A stretch of 64,000 nucleotides of DNA. Source: Gammaproteobacteria bacterium. GTDB taxonomy: Bacteria; Pseudomonadota; Gammaproteobacteria; Eutrophobiales; Eutrophobiaceae. The stretch covers positions 8,479-72,478 of the forward strand of contig JAURPG010000097.1 of the NCBI GenBank assembly GCA_030835405.1, read 5' to 3'. Each line of letters opens with the position of its first letter. Position 1 is the first letter of the stretch. The position numbers were made by a program, and so were the translations under genes. Shown here piece after piece: positions 1 to 10,866 of this stretch. The notes under the pieces are model-generated. The model was given only the letters and a program-made list of their open reading frames with translations. It searched no databases and was not told the DNA's origin.

Positions 1-22
1 TTTGATAAATTTCAGTTAACCT

Positions 23-1318
23 TTATTTCAACCAGTCACATAGCTGGTTGATGCCATTGATAACATTGGGGCAATACATCTCCAGAAACTCCGTCTTAAT
101 TTCCTTGCCATCTTGAAGTCCATCAAAGGCACAGAGTGCCTGGGCACCATCAAAGTCCACGTACGCCAAGCGAAGTGTCATTTCAGTTGCTGGGCGGCCG
201 AATTCATTACCCGGCAAGGTGGCCACACCGGTCTGTTCCAGTAATGTCTTACATAATGTCGGACTGTCGTGAATTCCTCTTTCAGCCAAACGTTCCTTAA
301 GCGGACTAAAATCAGGGAACAGGTAGAAACCACCGGTAGGAGGAGAGAGTGTAGCCCCGGCTTGTTTTAATCTCATGTAAATATATTTACCCAGATAACG
401 CAGGACTGTGCGGGAACTAGTGAGATAGTTCTCTATTTCCATGCCGCCGGAAAATGCTCGGATGGAGGCATACTGTATAGGTGCGCTGGTGGATGTATAG
501 GTTTCACTGGCGACCACGGCCATGGCATCCAGTAACCAACGGAGGTTGGCTGGAAACGTAAACGTTCCTAAACGCCAGCCTCCGGCACCACACCATTTGC
601 TGAGACCGCTGCTGATAACAGTGCCTTCCGGGTAATATCTGGCAACAGACACATGTTGCCCACGGTGATGAAGCTCGCCATAAATTTCATCTGAGAGTAA
701 AATTATTTTGTATTTTCTGGCAATCTTTGCGATTTGTTTTAATTCATCACTGGTATAGGTGTCACCTGTGGGGTTGGATGGGTAGTTCAGGATAACAATC
801 CTGGGACGGCTGGGGTCATCGCTGCAAATCTTGTCCAGTTCTTCAGGCATCAAGCGCCAGTCATTTTCCGGCGTGGTTTGTGCCCAATTTATTTTGCGGC
901 CGATAATCTGGGCCTGGGGCGCATATGAAACCCAGCTGGGAGTGGGAATAACCAGATCACCGTAATAGACAAGCTGCAACAAAAACATCAATTCCTTGGA
1001 GCCGGGACCGATCAGGACGTCTTGCCCGGTGCAATCTATCCCCTGGCGGCGGCGGTTAAAATCCGCCACGGCATCGCGTAATTCCCTAAGGCCTCGGACG
1101 GGCAGATAATCCTTCTGGTAGGCATTGACCTTGAGTTCATCCACCACTGGTTGCGGGACAGGGAAGGGTGACTGGCCAAGGCCAAGTTTATATATGGTCT
1201 TGCCTTCATGGGCCAGCTTTGCACTGAGTTCATTGATGGCAAGGGTGGCGGATTGTTTCAGACCCCGTACATTCAGGTTTATATGCATGTCCGGAGAACG
1301 GTTTGAACGTGTTGCCAT
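23..1318 (-). CDS. PLP-dependent aminotransferase class I/II (aspartate aminotransferase-like)
   Basis: Motifs LGLGQSPF, NYPSNPTG, SDEIY and SGLSKWCGAGGWRLG (PLP lysine). Start may instead be the ATG at 1288. Confidence 0.9.
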   Translation of the reverse strand: MATRSNRSPDMHINLNVRGLKQSATLAINELSAKLAHEGKTIYKLGLGQSPFPVPQPVVDELKVNAYQKDYLPVRGLRELRDAVADFNRRRQGIDCTGQDVLIGPGSKELMFLLQLVYYGDLVIPTPSWVSYAPQAQIIGRKINWAQTTPENDWRLMPEELDKICSDDPSRPRIVILNYPSNPTGDTYTSDELKQIAKIARKYKIILLSDEIYGELHHRGQHVSVARYYPEGTVISSGLSKWCGAGGWRLGTFTFPANLRWLLDAMAVVASETYTSTSAPIQYASIRAFSGGMEIENYLTSSRTVLRYLGKYIYMRLKQAGATLSPPTGGFYLFPDFSPLKERLAERGIHDSPTLCKTLLEQTGVATLPGNEFGRPATEMTLRLAYVDFDGAQALCAFDGLQDGKEIKTEFLEMYCPNVINGINQLCDWLK

Positions 1319-1401
1319 AGGTCTATTTGAGCTTATTTATACTTTTCAAACGGTATATTCATTTAACTGTATAATAGGATAATTTAGTCATAATATATAT
1401 C

Positions 1402-2718
1402 ATGGATCTCGAATCAATAAACCGGCAACTGGAGCTTCTGGTCCAGGGTATACTTGAGTGGTCTACCAGCCCGCAGTTTTACTCACAGATAGGGATCATA
1501 TTTCTTACTGTCTGTATCGCATTCATCATTGACCGGATTTTTACCCAGACTATCCCCCTGCTCAAGACTGAACCCACATCCGGGCGCTTACTGGCGCTGA
1601 GAAAACAGATGCATCATGCGGGAGATCTAATCATTCCCGTATTGTGTATATTACTTTTAAATATTGCAGATGAAATCAGCATGCTGCTGATTCATCAAAG
1701 CTGGTTAATCAAGCTGGCTGAAAGTATCGCCATCATCATTACCCTGTACCTGATTATAACCCGGTTTACCAAGAAGAAACTGGTCCGCTCCATGATTAAA
1801 TGGATTGTAATTCCCATTGTTCTTCTTCAGGTCTTTGGCTGGCTAGATGAAGTAACGTCTTTCCTGGATTCCATCTATATGCAGATCGGTAATATCCGAT
1901 TATCACTATATGGTATTTCAAGGTTGCTCGTATTTGGCGTTATCCTGTTTTGGCTGGGACGTATATCCAATAATATTGGTGTGCAGGTGATCCGCAATCA
2001 GGACGACCTTGAAATTGGAACCCGTGAAGTCTTTGCAAAGTTATTTCAGGTCACACTTTATTTTATTGTCTTTATTCTGTTACTGCAGTTAATGGGAATA
2101 AATTTTACAGCCCTGGCAGTGTTTGGTGGAGCGCTTGGTGTGGGACTGGGGTTTGGCCTGCAGTCCATTGCCTCGAATTTCATCTCTGGAATCATCATAC
2201 TTTTGGATAGATCGATTACCGTAGGAGATTATATTCAGCTTGAAGATGGACGTGCGGGAAAGATACGCGAATTAAATATGCGGTCCGCCATTCTTGAGAC
2301 CTATGATGGCAAGGACATCATGGTCCCGAATGAACAGTTCATTACCACCAATTTTGTCAACTGGACCCACAAGAACCAGAAGCAACGTTACCCTATTGAG
2401 TTTACCGTAGCCTATGACACGGACCTGGACCTGTTGTTTGAAGAAGTACGAAAGGTAGTCGCCAGCCATCCAAAGGTCATCAGTGGGGAAGATGTTCCCA
2501 TAGAGGAGCGGCCTGATGCGGAAATTGCGGGTTTTGGCAATGATGGTATTGATATCCTGGTGGAATTCTGGATGGAGGGTATCGACGATGGTGAAAACCG
2601 GGTGGGTGCAGACCTGTTACATATGATCTGGAAAGTCTTGCAGGAGCACAATATCGAGATCCCCTATCCGCAACGTGAGGTTCGTGTTCTCAATCCGGAA
2701 GATTTATCAAGAACGTGA
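1402..2718 (+). CDS. MscS-family mechanosensitive channel with extra N-terminal TM helices
   Basis: GALGVGLGFGLQSIASNFISGIIIL pore helix, VGDYI, TYDGKDIMVPN and IEIPYPQREV motifs. Confidence 0.9.
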   Translation: MDLESINRQLELLVQGILEWSTSPQFYSQIGIIFLTVCIAFIIDRIFTQTIPLLKTEPTSGRLLALRKQMHHAGDLIIPVLCILLLNIADEISMLLIHQSWLIKLAESIAIIITLYLIITRFTKKKLVRSMIKWIVIPIVLLQVFGWLDEVTSFLDSIYMQIGNIRLSLYGISRLLVFGVILFWLGRISNNIGVQVIRNQDDLEIGTREVFAKLFQVTLYFIVFILLLQLMGINFTALAVFGGALGVGLGFGLQSIASNFISGIIILLDRSITVGDYIQLEDGRAGKIRELNMRSAILETYDGKDIMVPNEQFITTNFVNWTHKNQKQRYPIEFTVAYDTDLDLLFEEVRKVVASHPKVISGEDVPIEERPDAEIAGFGNDGIDILVEFWMEGIDDGENRVGADLLHMIWKVLQEHNIEIPYPQREVRVLNPEDLSRT

Positions 2719-2819
2719 CTTCGATAAAACAATTTCAGAAATTAATGATGGAACTAGTGATATTTCTGTTTATGTAAAAAAATATCTGAGTTAATTTTTT
2801 CTCATAATATATATTCAAT

Positions 2820-3296
2820 ATGACTCCACAACATGATTTTCAGATAATCGGCTGGCGGGAATGGATCGCCCTGCCGTCGCTTGGTATTCCTGCCATTAAA
2901 GCCAAGGTGGATACCGGCGCGAGGACGTCTGCATTACACACCTTTTATATAGAAGAGTATGCTGTAAATGGTAAACCATATGTGAAGTTTGACATCCATC
3001 CGGTGCAAAAAAGAACAGATATCGTTATCTGCTGCGAGGCGAAAGTTAAAGATAAACGCAATGTTCGGGATTCCGGTGGTCATGAAGAAGAAAGGTATGT
3101 CATCGAAACTGATGTCAAAATTGGTGATTTTCAGGAACCCATAGAAGTTACTTTGACAAGCCGTGATGATATGAAATTTAGAATGCTGATAGGAAGGTCT
3201 GCACTTGCATACCAAAAATTTTGTGTTGATCCGAACCAATCGTATTTACTTGGTGAGCGGATTAGAAAACACGCCTTAATGTTTAAGGAAAACTAG
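2820..3296 (+). CDS. RimK-associated retropepsin-like putative protease (RimB-like)
   Basis: IGWREW...[13 protein letters not shown] and MLIGRSAL motifs; lies directly upstream of rimK. Confidence 0.85.
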   Translation: MTPQHDFQIIGWREWIALPSLGIPAIKAKVDTGARTSALHTFYIEEYAVNGKPYVKFDIHPVQKRTDIVICCEAKVKDKRNVRDSGGHEEERYVIETDVKIGDFQEPIEVTLTSRDDMKFRMLIGRSALAYQKFCVDPNQSYLLGERIRKHALMFKEN

Positions 3297-3297
3297 A

Positions 3298-4203
3298 ATG
3301 AAAATAGCTGTACTTTCAAGAAATAAAAATCTTTATTCCACAAAAAGGCTGGTGGAGGCCGCACAGAACCGTGGACATGAAGTACGTGTCCTGGATGTGT
3401 TGCATTGTTATATGAATATCACCTCAAAAAAACCTGAAATACACTTGAAGGGTGAAGTACTGGAGGGATTTGATGCCGTTATTCCCAGAATAGGTGCATC
3501 GGTGACATTCTATGGAACTGCGGTACTGCGACAATTCGAAATGATGGGTACATACCCTTTAAATGAATCAGTGGCTATTTCCCGTTCCAGAGACAAATTA
3601 AGGGCGTGCCAGTTACTTTCACGAAAAGGGATTGGTTTGCCCATCACAGGATTTGCTAACAAACCTGATGACATACAGGACTTGATTAAGATGGTGGGTG
3701 GAGCTCCGTTAGTAATTAAACTGCTTTCCGGCACCCAGGGCATTGGTGTGGTGTTGGCGGAAACAAAAAAGGCAGCGGAAAGTGTGATTGAGGCATTCCT
3801 TGGTCTGAATGCCAGCGTCCTGGTGCAGGAATTTATCAAGGAGGCTGGAGGAGCTGACATTCGCTGTTTTGTAGTAGGCGAACGGGTTGTTGCGGCGATG
3901 AAGCGTCAGGGTCAGGAAGGAGAATTTCGATCAAATATACACCGGGGAGGGACAGCTGAAATTGTAAAACTTACTACTGAAGAGAGGAAGACAGCGTTGC
4001 GGGCAGCAAATACCATGGGGTTAAATGTTTGCGGTGTGGATATATTGCGTGCAGATCGAGGACCGGTGGTAATGGAGGTAAATTCTTCTCCCGGACTTGA
4101 AGGAATCGAGGCAGCCACGGGGAAAGACATCGCCGGTAGTATTATTCAATTTATTGAAAAGAATGCCAAGCAGGGCAAGACCCGTACCAAGGGTGGCCAG
4201 TAG
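3298..4203 (+). CDS. rimK: Ribosomal protein S6--L-glutamate ligase (ATP-grasp)
   Basis: MKIAVLSRN...LYSTKRL start, [22 protein letters not shown] and [13 protein letters not shown] motifs; 301 aa. Confidence 0.95.
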   Translation: MKIAVLSRNKNLYSTKRLVEAAQNRGHEVRVLDVLHCYMNITSKKPEIHLKGEVLEGFDAVIPRIGASVTFYGTAVLRQFEMMGTYPLNESVAISRSRDKLRACQLLSRKGIGLPITGFANKPDDIQDLIKMVGGAPLVIKLLSGTQGIGVVLAETKKAAESVIEAFLGLNASVLVQEFIKEAGGADIRCFVVGERVVAAMKRQGQEGEFRSNIHRGGTAEIVKLTTEERKTALRAANTMGLNVCGVDILRADRGPVVMEVNSSPGLEGIEAATGKDIAGSIIQFIEKNAKQGKTRTKGGQ

Positions 4204-4206
4204 TTC

Positions 4207-5253
4207 ATGCGAGACGTTTTTAAAATCGGTGGCATATCTATAAAGCCCGGTGAAAAATCTTCCGTAGATTTTCGAGTTCCTGATCTTTATACCCATACAG
4301 GCATTACCATGCCTGTATCTGTTATCCATGGTAAAAAACCCGGCCCTGTATTGTTCATATCGGCAGCCATCCATGGTGATGAGATCAATGGGGTGGAAAT
4401 AATACGCCGGGTCTTGCATTCAAAAAAAATAAAATATCTCAGAGGGACATTGGTTGCTGTCCCGGTGGTCAATATCTATGGTTTCATAAACAAGACCCGC
4501 TATCTTCCAGATAGACGAGACTTGAACCGCTCCTTCCCGGGGTCGGATAAAGGATCGCTGGCAGGACGTATGGCTGACATATTCTTACAGGAAATCGTTT
4601 CCAGGTGTGACTATGGAATTGACCTGCATACTGCTGCCATACACCGGGACAACCTGCCCCAGGTCAGGGCGGTCCTGGATGATCCCGAGACGGAACGTAT
4701 TGCCAGGGCATTTTCTGTACCAGTTATTCTGAATACCAATATTGTGGAAGGTACTTTACGACAATCAGTCGAAGAAATGGACATACCTGTGGTGGTATAT
4801 GAGGCAGGTGAGGCCTTGCGGTTTAATGAAGTTGCAATACGGGCCGGATTTGAAGGTGTGATTTCAGTGATGCGTGAACTGGGCATGTTAAGAAAGCAGG
4901 TACGTCGTAAAGCCAAGCCTGAACCTTTGGTTGCTAAATCCAGCACCTGGGTCCGAGCTTCACAAAGTGGTCTTTTAAGGGCAATTGCACCATTAGGCGC
5001 CAGTGTGAAAAAAGACGAAGTCCTGGGGATCATCTCTGATCCCTTTGGAGAAAAAGAAGAAAATGTCTTTGCATCAGCAAGAGGAATAATAATTGGTAAA
5101 ACCAATATTCCATTAGTCAATGAAGGTGAGGCCCTGTTTCACATCGCCCGATTTGAAACTAAGGACAACGCTGCAGAACAGGTTGAAGAATTTTTGCATG
5201 AAATGAATCCAGCTACAGATCAGACCCCGGCAGGCGAGATACCCATTGTCTAG
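4207..5253 (+). CDS. Succinylglutamate desuccinylase/aspartoacylase family (M14-like Zn hydrolase)
   Basis: AAIHGDEING, RDLNRSFPG, IDLHT and YEAGE motifs; C-terminal biotinyl-like domain. Confidence 0.9.
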   Translation: MRDVFKIGGISIKPGEKSSVDFRVPDLYTHTGITMPVSVIHGKKPGPVLFISAAIHGDEINGVEIIRRVLHSKKIKYLRGTLVAVPVVNIYGFINKTRYLPDRRDLNRSFPGSDKGSLAGRMADIFLQEIVSRCDYGIDLHTAAIHRDNLPQVRAVLDDPETERIARAFSVPVILNTNIVEGTLRQSVEEMDIPVVVYEAGEALRFNEVAIRAGFEGVISVMRELGMLRKQVRRKAKPEPLVAKSSTWVRASQSGLLRAIAPLGASVKKDEVLGIISDPFGEKEENVFASARGIIIGKTNIPLVNEGEALFHIARFETKDNAAEQVEEFLHEMNPATDQTPAGEIPIV

Positions 5254-5317
5254 ATAGAAATTCCAGGTCTCTGTTAGCTTGAACTAATTCTTTAGATATC
5301 TTATCGAAGTATTCCAA

Positions 5318-7048
5318 ATGCGATTATTAAATCAAATTATATTCATCATATTACTCATTCAGATTCCTTCATATGTGAATGCAGATCTTGTTATTGAGGT
5401 TTCAGGTGTCAATAACGGACTTAAGACGGTTCTACTGAATAATCTTTCTATTTACAGGCAGAGAGATAATGAAAAACTAACGGATACCAGTATAAGGGCC
5501 TTATACCTCAGGGCAGATGATGAAATCGTAAATTCATTACGGGCCAATGGATACTATCAACCAGAAATAGAGCAATCGCTGGAACAGGTTGAGGAAAACT
5601 GGACGGCGAGGTTTAACGTTAACCCGGGTGAACCGGTACTAGTTAAAAGTATCGAGCTAAATATCATCAGTGATGAACCCGATGCTGATTTCATATCTCG
5701 TCTGAAGTCATTATTCCCATTGAAGACTGGAGACCGTCTGATACATGGTCAATATGAATCTGGAAAAGTTGCTATTCAGGATGCAGCGTTACAAAGAGGG
5801 TATTTTGATGGGCAATGGGGAACGCATACACTACAAGTCTCAACTGATGACTATTCCGCCGATATTATTTTAACCTTTAATGCAGGCACCAGATACCGGT
5901 TTGGGGAAGTGATTATAGCTGATACTGTGATCAATAGTGATCTGGTCAATAACTTGCTCGCTGTTAAGACAGGTGAGTTATATGAGGCTGAAAAACTGGT
6001 TGAAACCCAGAATACACTTCAGAATACCAGATATTTTGAACAGATTGTTGTTCGTACCGGTGATGTTGATCACCGGGAAAAAACCATACCTGTATCCATT
6101 GAGATTCAGGAGCGCAATAAACATGCCTACCGCGTGGGAGTTGGATACGGCACTGATACAGGAGCCAGGCTGGTGGGTTCCTGGGACACCCAGTATCTGA
6201 ACATGAAAGGCCACAGGCAGGAGACGGATTTGCGTCTTTCGCTGGTCAGGAGTTCATTGTCCTCTGCCTACCTGATTCCATTTTTCAGAGAACAGGATGC
6301 GGAACTGGGTATTACCGCTTCCGTATCAAGAGAAGATACCGATACCTCTGTGAGTAATAAATTTGATTCCAGTGTGCAACATCTGAATCAACGATGGGGC
6401 TGGAATGAGACTATTAGCCTTACCTATCAATATGAAGACTATAGAGTAGCTGATTTAAGTGATGCCAGCCATTTGCTGATCCCATCGATCAACTACTGGC
6501 GTTCGGTGAGTGATAATCCACTTTATCCCCGACGAGGTTATCGTTTAAGCGCAGATTTAAAAGGCTCGGTAAAAGGACTGATATCCAATGTCCACTTTCT
6601 GCAACTACGCTTGAGAGGGAAGTATATCCATCCTGTGGGTAATGATGGGCGCCTGATCGGGCGCAGTGAGGTTGGTGCGTTACTGGCGAGTGAATTTTCA
6701 AACCTGCCTTCAAGCCTGAGGTTTTTTGCTGGTGGTGATGACAGCATCAGAGGTTTCGACCTTAATACGCTGGGACCGTTAAATGCATCCGAAGGAGTTA
6801 TTGGCGGTACTTACCTGGCTACAGGTAGCGTTGAGTATGAACACAGATTATTTGGCAAATGGAGTGCTGCTGTATTTTCAGATTTCGGTAATGCATTTGA
6901 TGACTTCTCTGAAAAGTTTGAATACAGTGTCGGCACAGGTTTGCGATGGCAGACCCCTGTAGGTCTATTCCGGCTTGATGTCGCCGTTGGACTATCCAGA
7001 GACGATAACCCCATCAGGCTTCATATCATCCTGGGGCCTGAATTATGA
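5318..7048 (+). CDS. tamA: Autotransporter assembly outer-membrane protein TamA (Omp85 family)
   Basis: Signal peptide, POTRA region, GVGYGTDTG, RFFAGGDDSIRGF and GLRWQTPVG motifs, C-terminal LGPEL; overlaps tamB start. Confidence 0.9.
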   Translation: MRLLNQIIFIILLIQIPSYVNADLVIEVSGVNNGLKTVLLNNLSIYRQRDNEKLTDTSIRALYLRADDEIVNSLRANGYYQPEIEQSLEQVEENWTARFNVNPGEPVLVKSIELNIISDEPDADFISRLKSLFPLKTGDRLIHGQYESGKVAIQDAALQRGYFDGQWGTHTLQVSTDDYSADIILTFNAGTRYRFGEVIIADTVINSDLVNNLLAVKTGELYEAEKLVETQNTLQNTRYFEQIVVRTGDVDHREKTIPVSIEIQERNKHAYRVGVGYGTDTGARLVGSWDTQYLNMKGHRQETDLRLSLVRSSLSSAYLIPFFREQDAELGITASVSREDTDTSVSNKFDSSVQHLNQRWGWNETISLTYQYEDYRVADLSDASHLLIPSINYWRSVSDNPLYPRRGYRLSADLKGSVKGLISNVHFLQLRLRGKYIHPVGNDGRLIGRSEVGALLASEFSNLPSSLRFFAGGDDSIRGFDLNTLGPLNASEGVIGGTYLATGSVEYEHRLFGKWSAAVFSDFGNAFDDFSEKFEYSVGTGLRWQTPVGLFRLDVAVGLSRDDNPIRLHIILGPEL

Positions 7049-10000
7049 AAAAAATCCTCACAGCCATCTCTGTGCTAGTGCTGGTGCTACTGGTATCCGG
7101 ATTTTGTATACTGAATAATCAAGCTGGACTGAACGTACTACTTGCACTGATAGACAAGGGGGAGTTATCTGTCTCGGCAGAGGTCCGCTCCGGTTCCCTG
7201 ATGTCTGGATTCGAACTGGAAAATGTAAAGCTTTCTATTGATGCAGGGGATGTCTCGATAAACCATTTCCGGCTTGAATGGGACCTGCTAGATTTTCTTT
7301 TTACCGAGAAGCGGATTCAATTGCTATTGCTGGAGGATGTTATCTACCTTGCAAACATTGAGGAACAACCTCCCGAGCAGCCACCCCTGGAATTAAATAT
7401 ACCGGACTTGTTGTTTGATAGTTTTATCATAACTAACCTACAGGTCCAAAATGCCGATGAAAGCGGATCATTCCAGCTCGAACATCTACAAGCCAGTTTT
7501 CAGGTTGTAAATAACGTGATTTCCCTTTCAGATTTTATGGCCAGAATGCAAAATCTGGAATTGAACTCAAATGGCTCTTTTCTGTTACAACTTCCTTATA
7601 CAATTAACCTGTCTACAGATGTAATATATACCACCGGTTCAGGAAGGCAAATTACTGGAAACGTATCCATTGGTGGCGAACTGAATCAAATCCAGACAAC
7701 AATAGACATCCCGCATGGTAATGCCACCATATCAGTAGCGGACATTTCCACGTCCCCGGTCTGGACAGCAAACTTATCGCTGTCAGAATTCAGGCCTGAC
7801 GAGATCGATATAACCTTGCCCGAAGTAGGTGTGAATCTTGATCTGAATATGCAGGGAACGGCCACAACGGCAACAGGTAACAGCATGATAAACCTGGACT
7901 ATTCTAGTCTAACTGTTGCCGAAGGTGGGGTGGCTGGAGACCAGGGATCAATTATAATCCCGGATGAGTTCCAATTAGGATTTGATACCCGATTGGATAC
8001 TGATAACCAGCTCATTACCATTAATGAAATTTCGATCTCCACAGGTGATATTCGCATTAACTCATCAGGAGTTTTCAATTTCCTGGAAAAGCAATTCAAT
8101 ATCGCTATCAACTGGTCTGATTGGCTAATCAATATTAGTGAAGACCTGCCACCTGTCGCTGCCAGTGGAAGAATGACCCTGGATGGAGAACTGGATTCCT
8201 ATAATATCAGTTCAAGTGTGTCTATAACCGGTTCAGGCCCAATACCTTCCACCTCATTGTCTATCAATGGTGAGGGCGACCTGGATGGATTACGAATTGA
8301 ACCATTAGACCTACAATTACTTGACGGCGCAATATCTGCAACAGTTGGTGTCAACTGGGCTGATAGCATCGAAGCCGGGATTACCTGGGAAGGAGAAGCC
8401 CTGAACCCGGCGGTAATCTGGATCGAATGGCCGGGACGTTTAAATACTTCTGGAAACCTGAGATTAACTCAAATGAATGAGACATGGTCCTGGGTAGCGG
8501 ATGGGATAGACATATCTGGGTTTTTGAAAGATGCCCCATTAACTGTGAACCTGGTTGGTGACTCCCAGATAGCAGCTGAAATCAATCTTTCGGCCAGAGC
8601 AGACTATGCCAACATGGACATGATATTTGATGGTACGATCAGTGATGAACTGGATATCAACTGGGAGATCAATACCCCGGATCTTTCCCGCGTCGATGAA
8701 TCTTTGGCTGGCGAAGTATCCAGCACCGGGAATGTAACGGGAACACTGGATTTCCCTGAAATTAATGCACAAATATCCGCAAATAACGTTGATTCACCCT
8801 GGGGGAGTTCCAGGCAGGTTGCCGTTTCCATGAATACAGGTGTCGATATAGCGAGTGATATTAATGCGGCTATATTCCTTGAGGGAATGACTATGGATGA
8901 AACGGAGCTGGAATCACTGCAGGCAGACCTGACCGGGACAAGAGCTGCTCATTCATTCAGTGTTGCTGCCAAATTACCTGACCTGGATTTGAATGTCAGT
9001 GGACTTGGTAATTATATTGATTCGAACTGGCGTGGTGAAATCCAGGTCATTGAACTGGCACATGAACGGTTTGAGACATGGACCCTGGCTGATACGACTG
9101 CGTTGGCAATTTCAAACAGCCGTTATGCATCAGGACCGTTATGCATGCGTCATCCCAGTGGATCGATATGTCTCGAAGGAATGTATGAACCAGAAACTGG
9201 CTACTGGTCTATTGATGCGAAATCAAGTCGCATACCTTTATCTTTGCTCCAGTCAGAATTACCTGGCGCACCGGAGATAGATGGTCGGGCGGATGTTTTT
9301 TTACAGCTGAACGGAAACAATTCCCGCCCCGAAACCGGAATAGTGCGACTGGATATTCCAGATGGCCAAATTTCTATGGCGCACTCTGATAATAGTCAGC
9401 ACATCATACCGCTTGAAGGGACCTTCCTGGAAGTGAAACTGGAGGCTGCCACATTAACAGGCGTAGCTACAGTTCCAGCGTTGAATGAAAATTTCAAACC
9501 AGTGCTGGTGAATGTTGAGATGACCGGGTATGAAGATTTGAGTGCATTGCCTTTAGACCTGCCAATCAAGGGAAAACTTGTGGCCGGTGGAGATGACCTG
9601 TCGTTGTTATCCCTTATCACGCCCGAACTTGAAAGTCTTCTCGGGAGTTTTGATATAGATATTAATATTGCCGGGACACTGCACGAACCACAATTTCAGG
9701 GTAAGGCGGAGATTACAAATGCAAGTTATCAATTTCTCGACCTTGGCATTGCTATCGATGATATCAACCTGGTGGGTACAAATATGCCTGATTTCGGGTA
9801 TGAAATTAATGGTCAGTTACGCTCCGGGGATGGGATCATTCAGGCGGAAGCAAGTGTCCAGCAAATTACAAGGGAAGGGATTGAGTTAACAGCCGAGTTG
9901 TCAGGTGAAAATTTTGAAATGGTAAACCTGCCGGAGCTATGGGCGATTGTAAATCCGACGATTCAATCCAGACTTAGTGTAGGTAATCAGTATTATCAGG

Positions 10001-10821
10001 GAGATATCATGATCCCGGCTGCCTTAATTGATCTGGATGAGGCAGTTAATACCGCGGCCATTTCCGATGATGAAATCGTCGATGGAAAGAAACTCAATGA
10101 CCAGACTGAAGTAGTTAACCAGCATATCAGTGTGAATGTTAGCCTGGGGGATGAGGTTGAAATCAGGGGGATGAGAATTACCGGAAAACTCAGTGGTCAG
10201 TTATTTTTGTCTAATATCAATACCAATAATATTCTGGTTGCCGATGGTGAGATTGCCATTATCGATGGTAAGTTTGCCGCCTATGGGCAGGAACTGACTA
10301 TTTCCGAAGGCAGGCTAATCTATAATAAGGTCTCCATCGAAAATCCCACGTTATCCGTCAAGGCAATTCGAAATGTTGACGATATCACTGTTGGTGTATC
10401 CGTAAGTGGTTATTTGTCATCCCCAACCGTGACACTTTTTTCGTCGTCAAGCCTCCCACAGGAAGAGATTTTGTCTTATATTGTTTTTGGACGGCCATTG
10501 AATTCTCTTACCTCGGGAGAAGGCCAGGACCTGATTGGCGCGGCTACGGCACTGGGTATCTCCAAAAGTGGTTTACTCACGGAGAAAATTGCCTCTACCT
10601 TCGGACTGGACCAGTTCAGCCTTAGTGGCTCGACAGCACAGGATGCCTCTATTGTGGTTGGAAAATATATCAATCCCAGACTGTATTTAAGTTATGGTCT
10701 TGGAATAGTCGATCGGATCAGTACCGCTAGATTAAATTATAAACTCTCAAACAGTTTTTCCCTGGAAGCCGAGAGAGGCCAGGAAGCAGGGGTTGACGTT
10801 TTCTATAATATCGAAAAATAA
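7045..10821 (+). CDS. tamB: Translocation and assembly module TamB
   Basis: 1258 aa, N-terminal anchor, beta-rich repeats, C-terminal DUF490-like region (AYGQEL, EILSYIVFGRP, VGKYINPRLYLSY); follows tamA. Confidence 0.88.
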   Translation: MKKILTAISVLVLVLLVSGFCILNNQAGLNVLLALIDKGELSVSAEVRSGSLMSGFELENVKLSIDAGDVSINHFRLEWDLLDFLFTEKRIQLLLLEDVIYLANIEEQPPEQPPLELNIPDLLFDSFIITNLQVQNADESGSFQLEHLQASFQVVNNVISLSDFMARMQNLELNSNGSFLLQLPYTINLSTDVIYTTGSGRQITGNVSIGGELNQIQTTIDIPHGNATISVADISTSPVWTANLSLSEFRPDEIDITLPEVGVNLDLNMQGTATTATGNSMINLDYSSLTVAEGGVAGDQGSIIIPDEFQLGFDTRLDTDNQLITINEISISTGDIRINSSGVFNFLEKQFNIAINWSDWLINISEDLPPVAASGRMTLDGELDSYNISSSVSITGSGPIPSTSLSINGEGDLDGLRIEPLDLQLLDGAISATVGVNWADSIEAGITWEGEALNPAVIWIEWPGRLNTSGNLRLTQMNETWSWVADGIDISGFLKDAPLTVNLVGDSQIAAEINLSARADYANMDMIFDGTISDELDINWEINTPDLSRVDESLAGEVSSTGNVTGTLDFPEINAQISANNVDSPWGSSRQVAVSMNTGVDIASDINAAIFLEGMTMDETELESLQADLTGTRAAHSFSVAAKLPDLDLNVSGLGNYIDSNWRGEIQVIELAHERFETWTLADTTALAISNSRYASGPLCMRHPSGSICLEGMYEPETGYWSIDAKSSRIPLSLLQSELPGAPEIDGRADVFLQLNGNNSRPETGIVRLDIPDGQISMAHSDNSQHIIPLEGTFLEVKLEAATLTGVATVPALNENFKPVLVNVEMTGYEDLSALPLDLPIKGKLVAGGDDLSLLSLITPELESLLGSFDIDINIAGTLHEPQFQGKAEITNASYQFLDLGIAIDDINLVGTNMPDFGYEINGQLRSGDGIIQAEASVQQITREGIELTAELSGENFEMVNLPELWAIVNPTIQSRLSVGNQYYQGDIMIPAALIDLDEAVNTAAISDDEIVDGKKLNDQTEVVNQHISVNVSLGDEVEIRGMRITGKLSGQLFLSNINTNNILVADGEIAIIDGKFAAYGQELTISEGRLIYNKVSIENPTLSVKAIRNVDDITVGVSVSGYLSSPTVTLFSSSSLPQEEILSYIVFGRPLNSLTSGEGQDLIGAATALGISKSGLLTEKIASTFGLDQFSLSGSTAQDASIVVGKYINPRLYLSYGLGIVDRISTARLNYKLSNSFSLEAERGQEAGVDVFYNIEK

Positions 10822-10866
10822 AATAGTTCAGGCACTTTATTTCGCTATCACGTAGAATTCAGTCTT

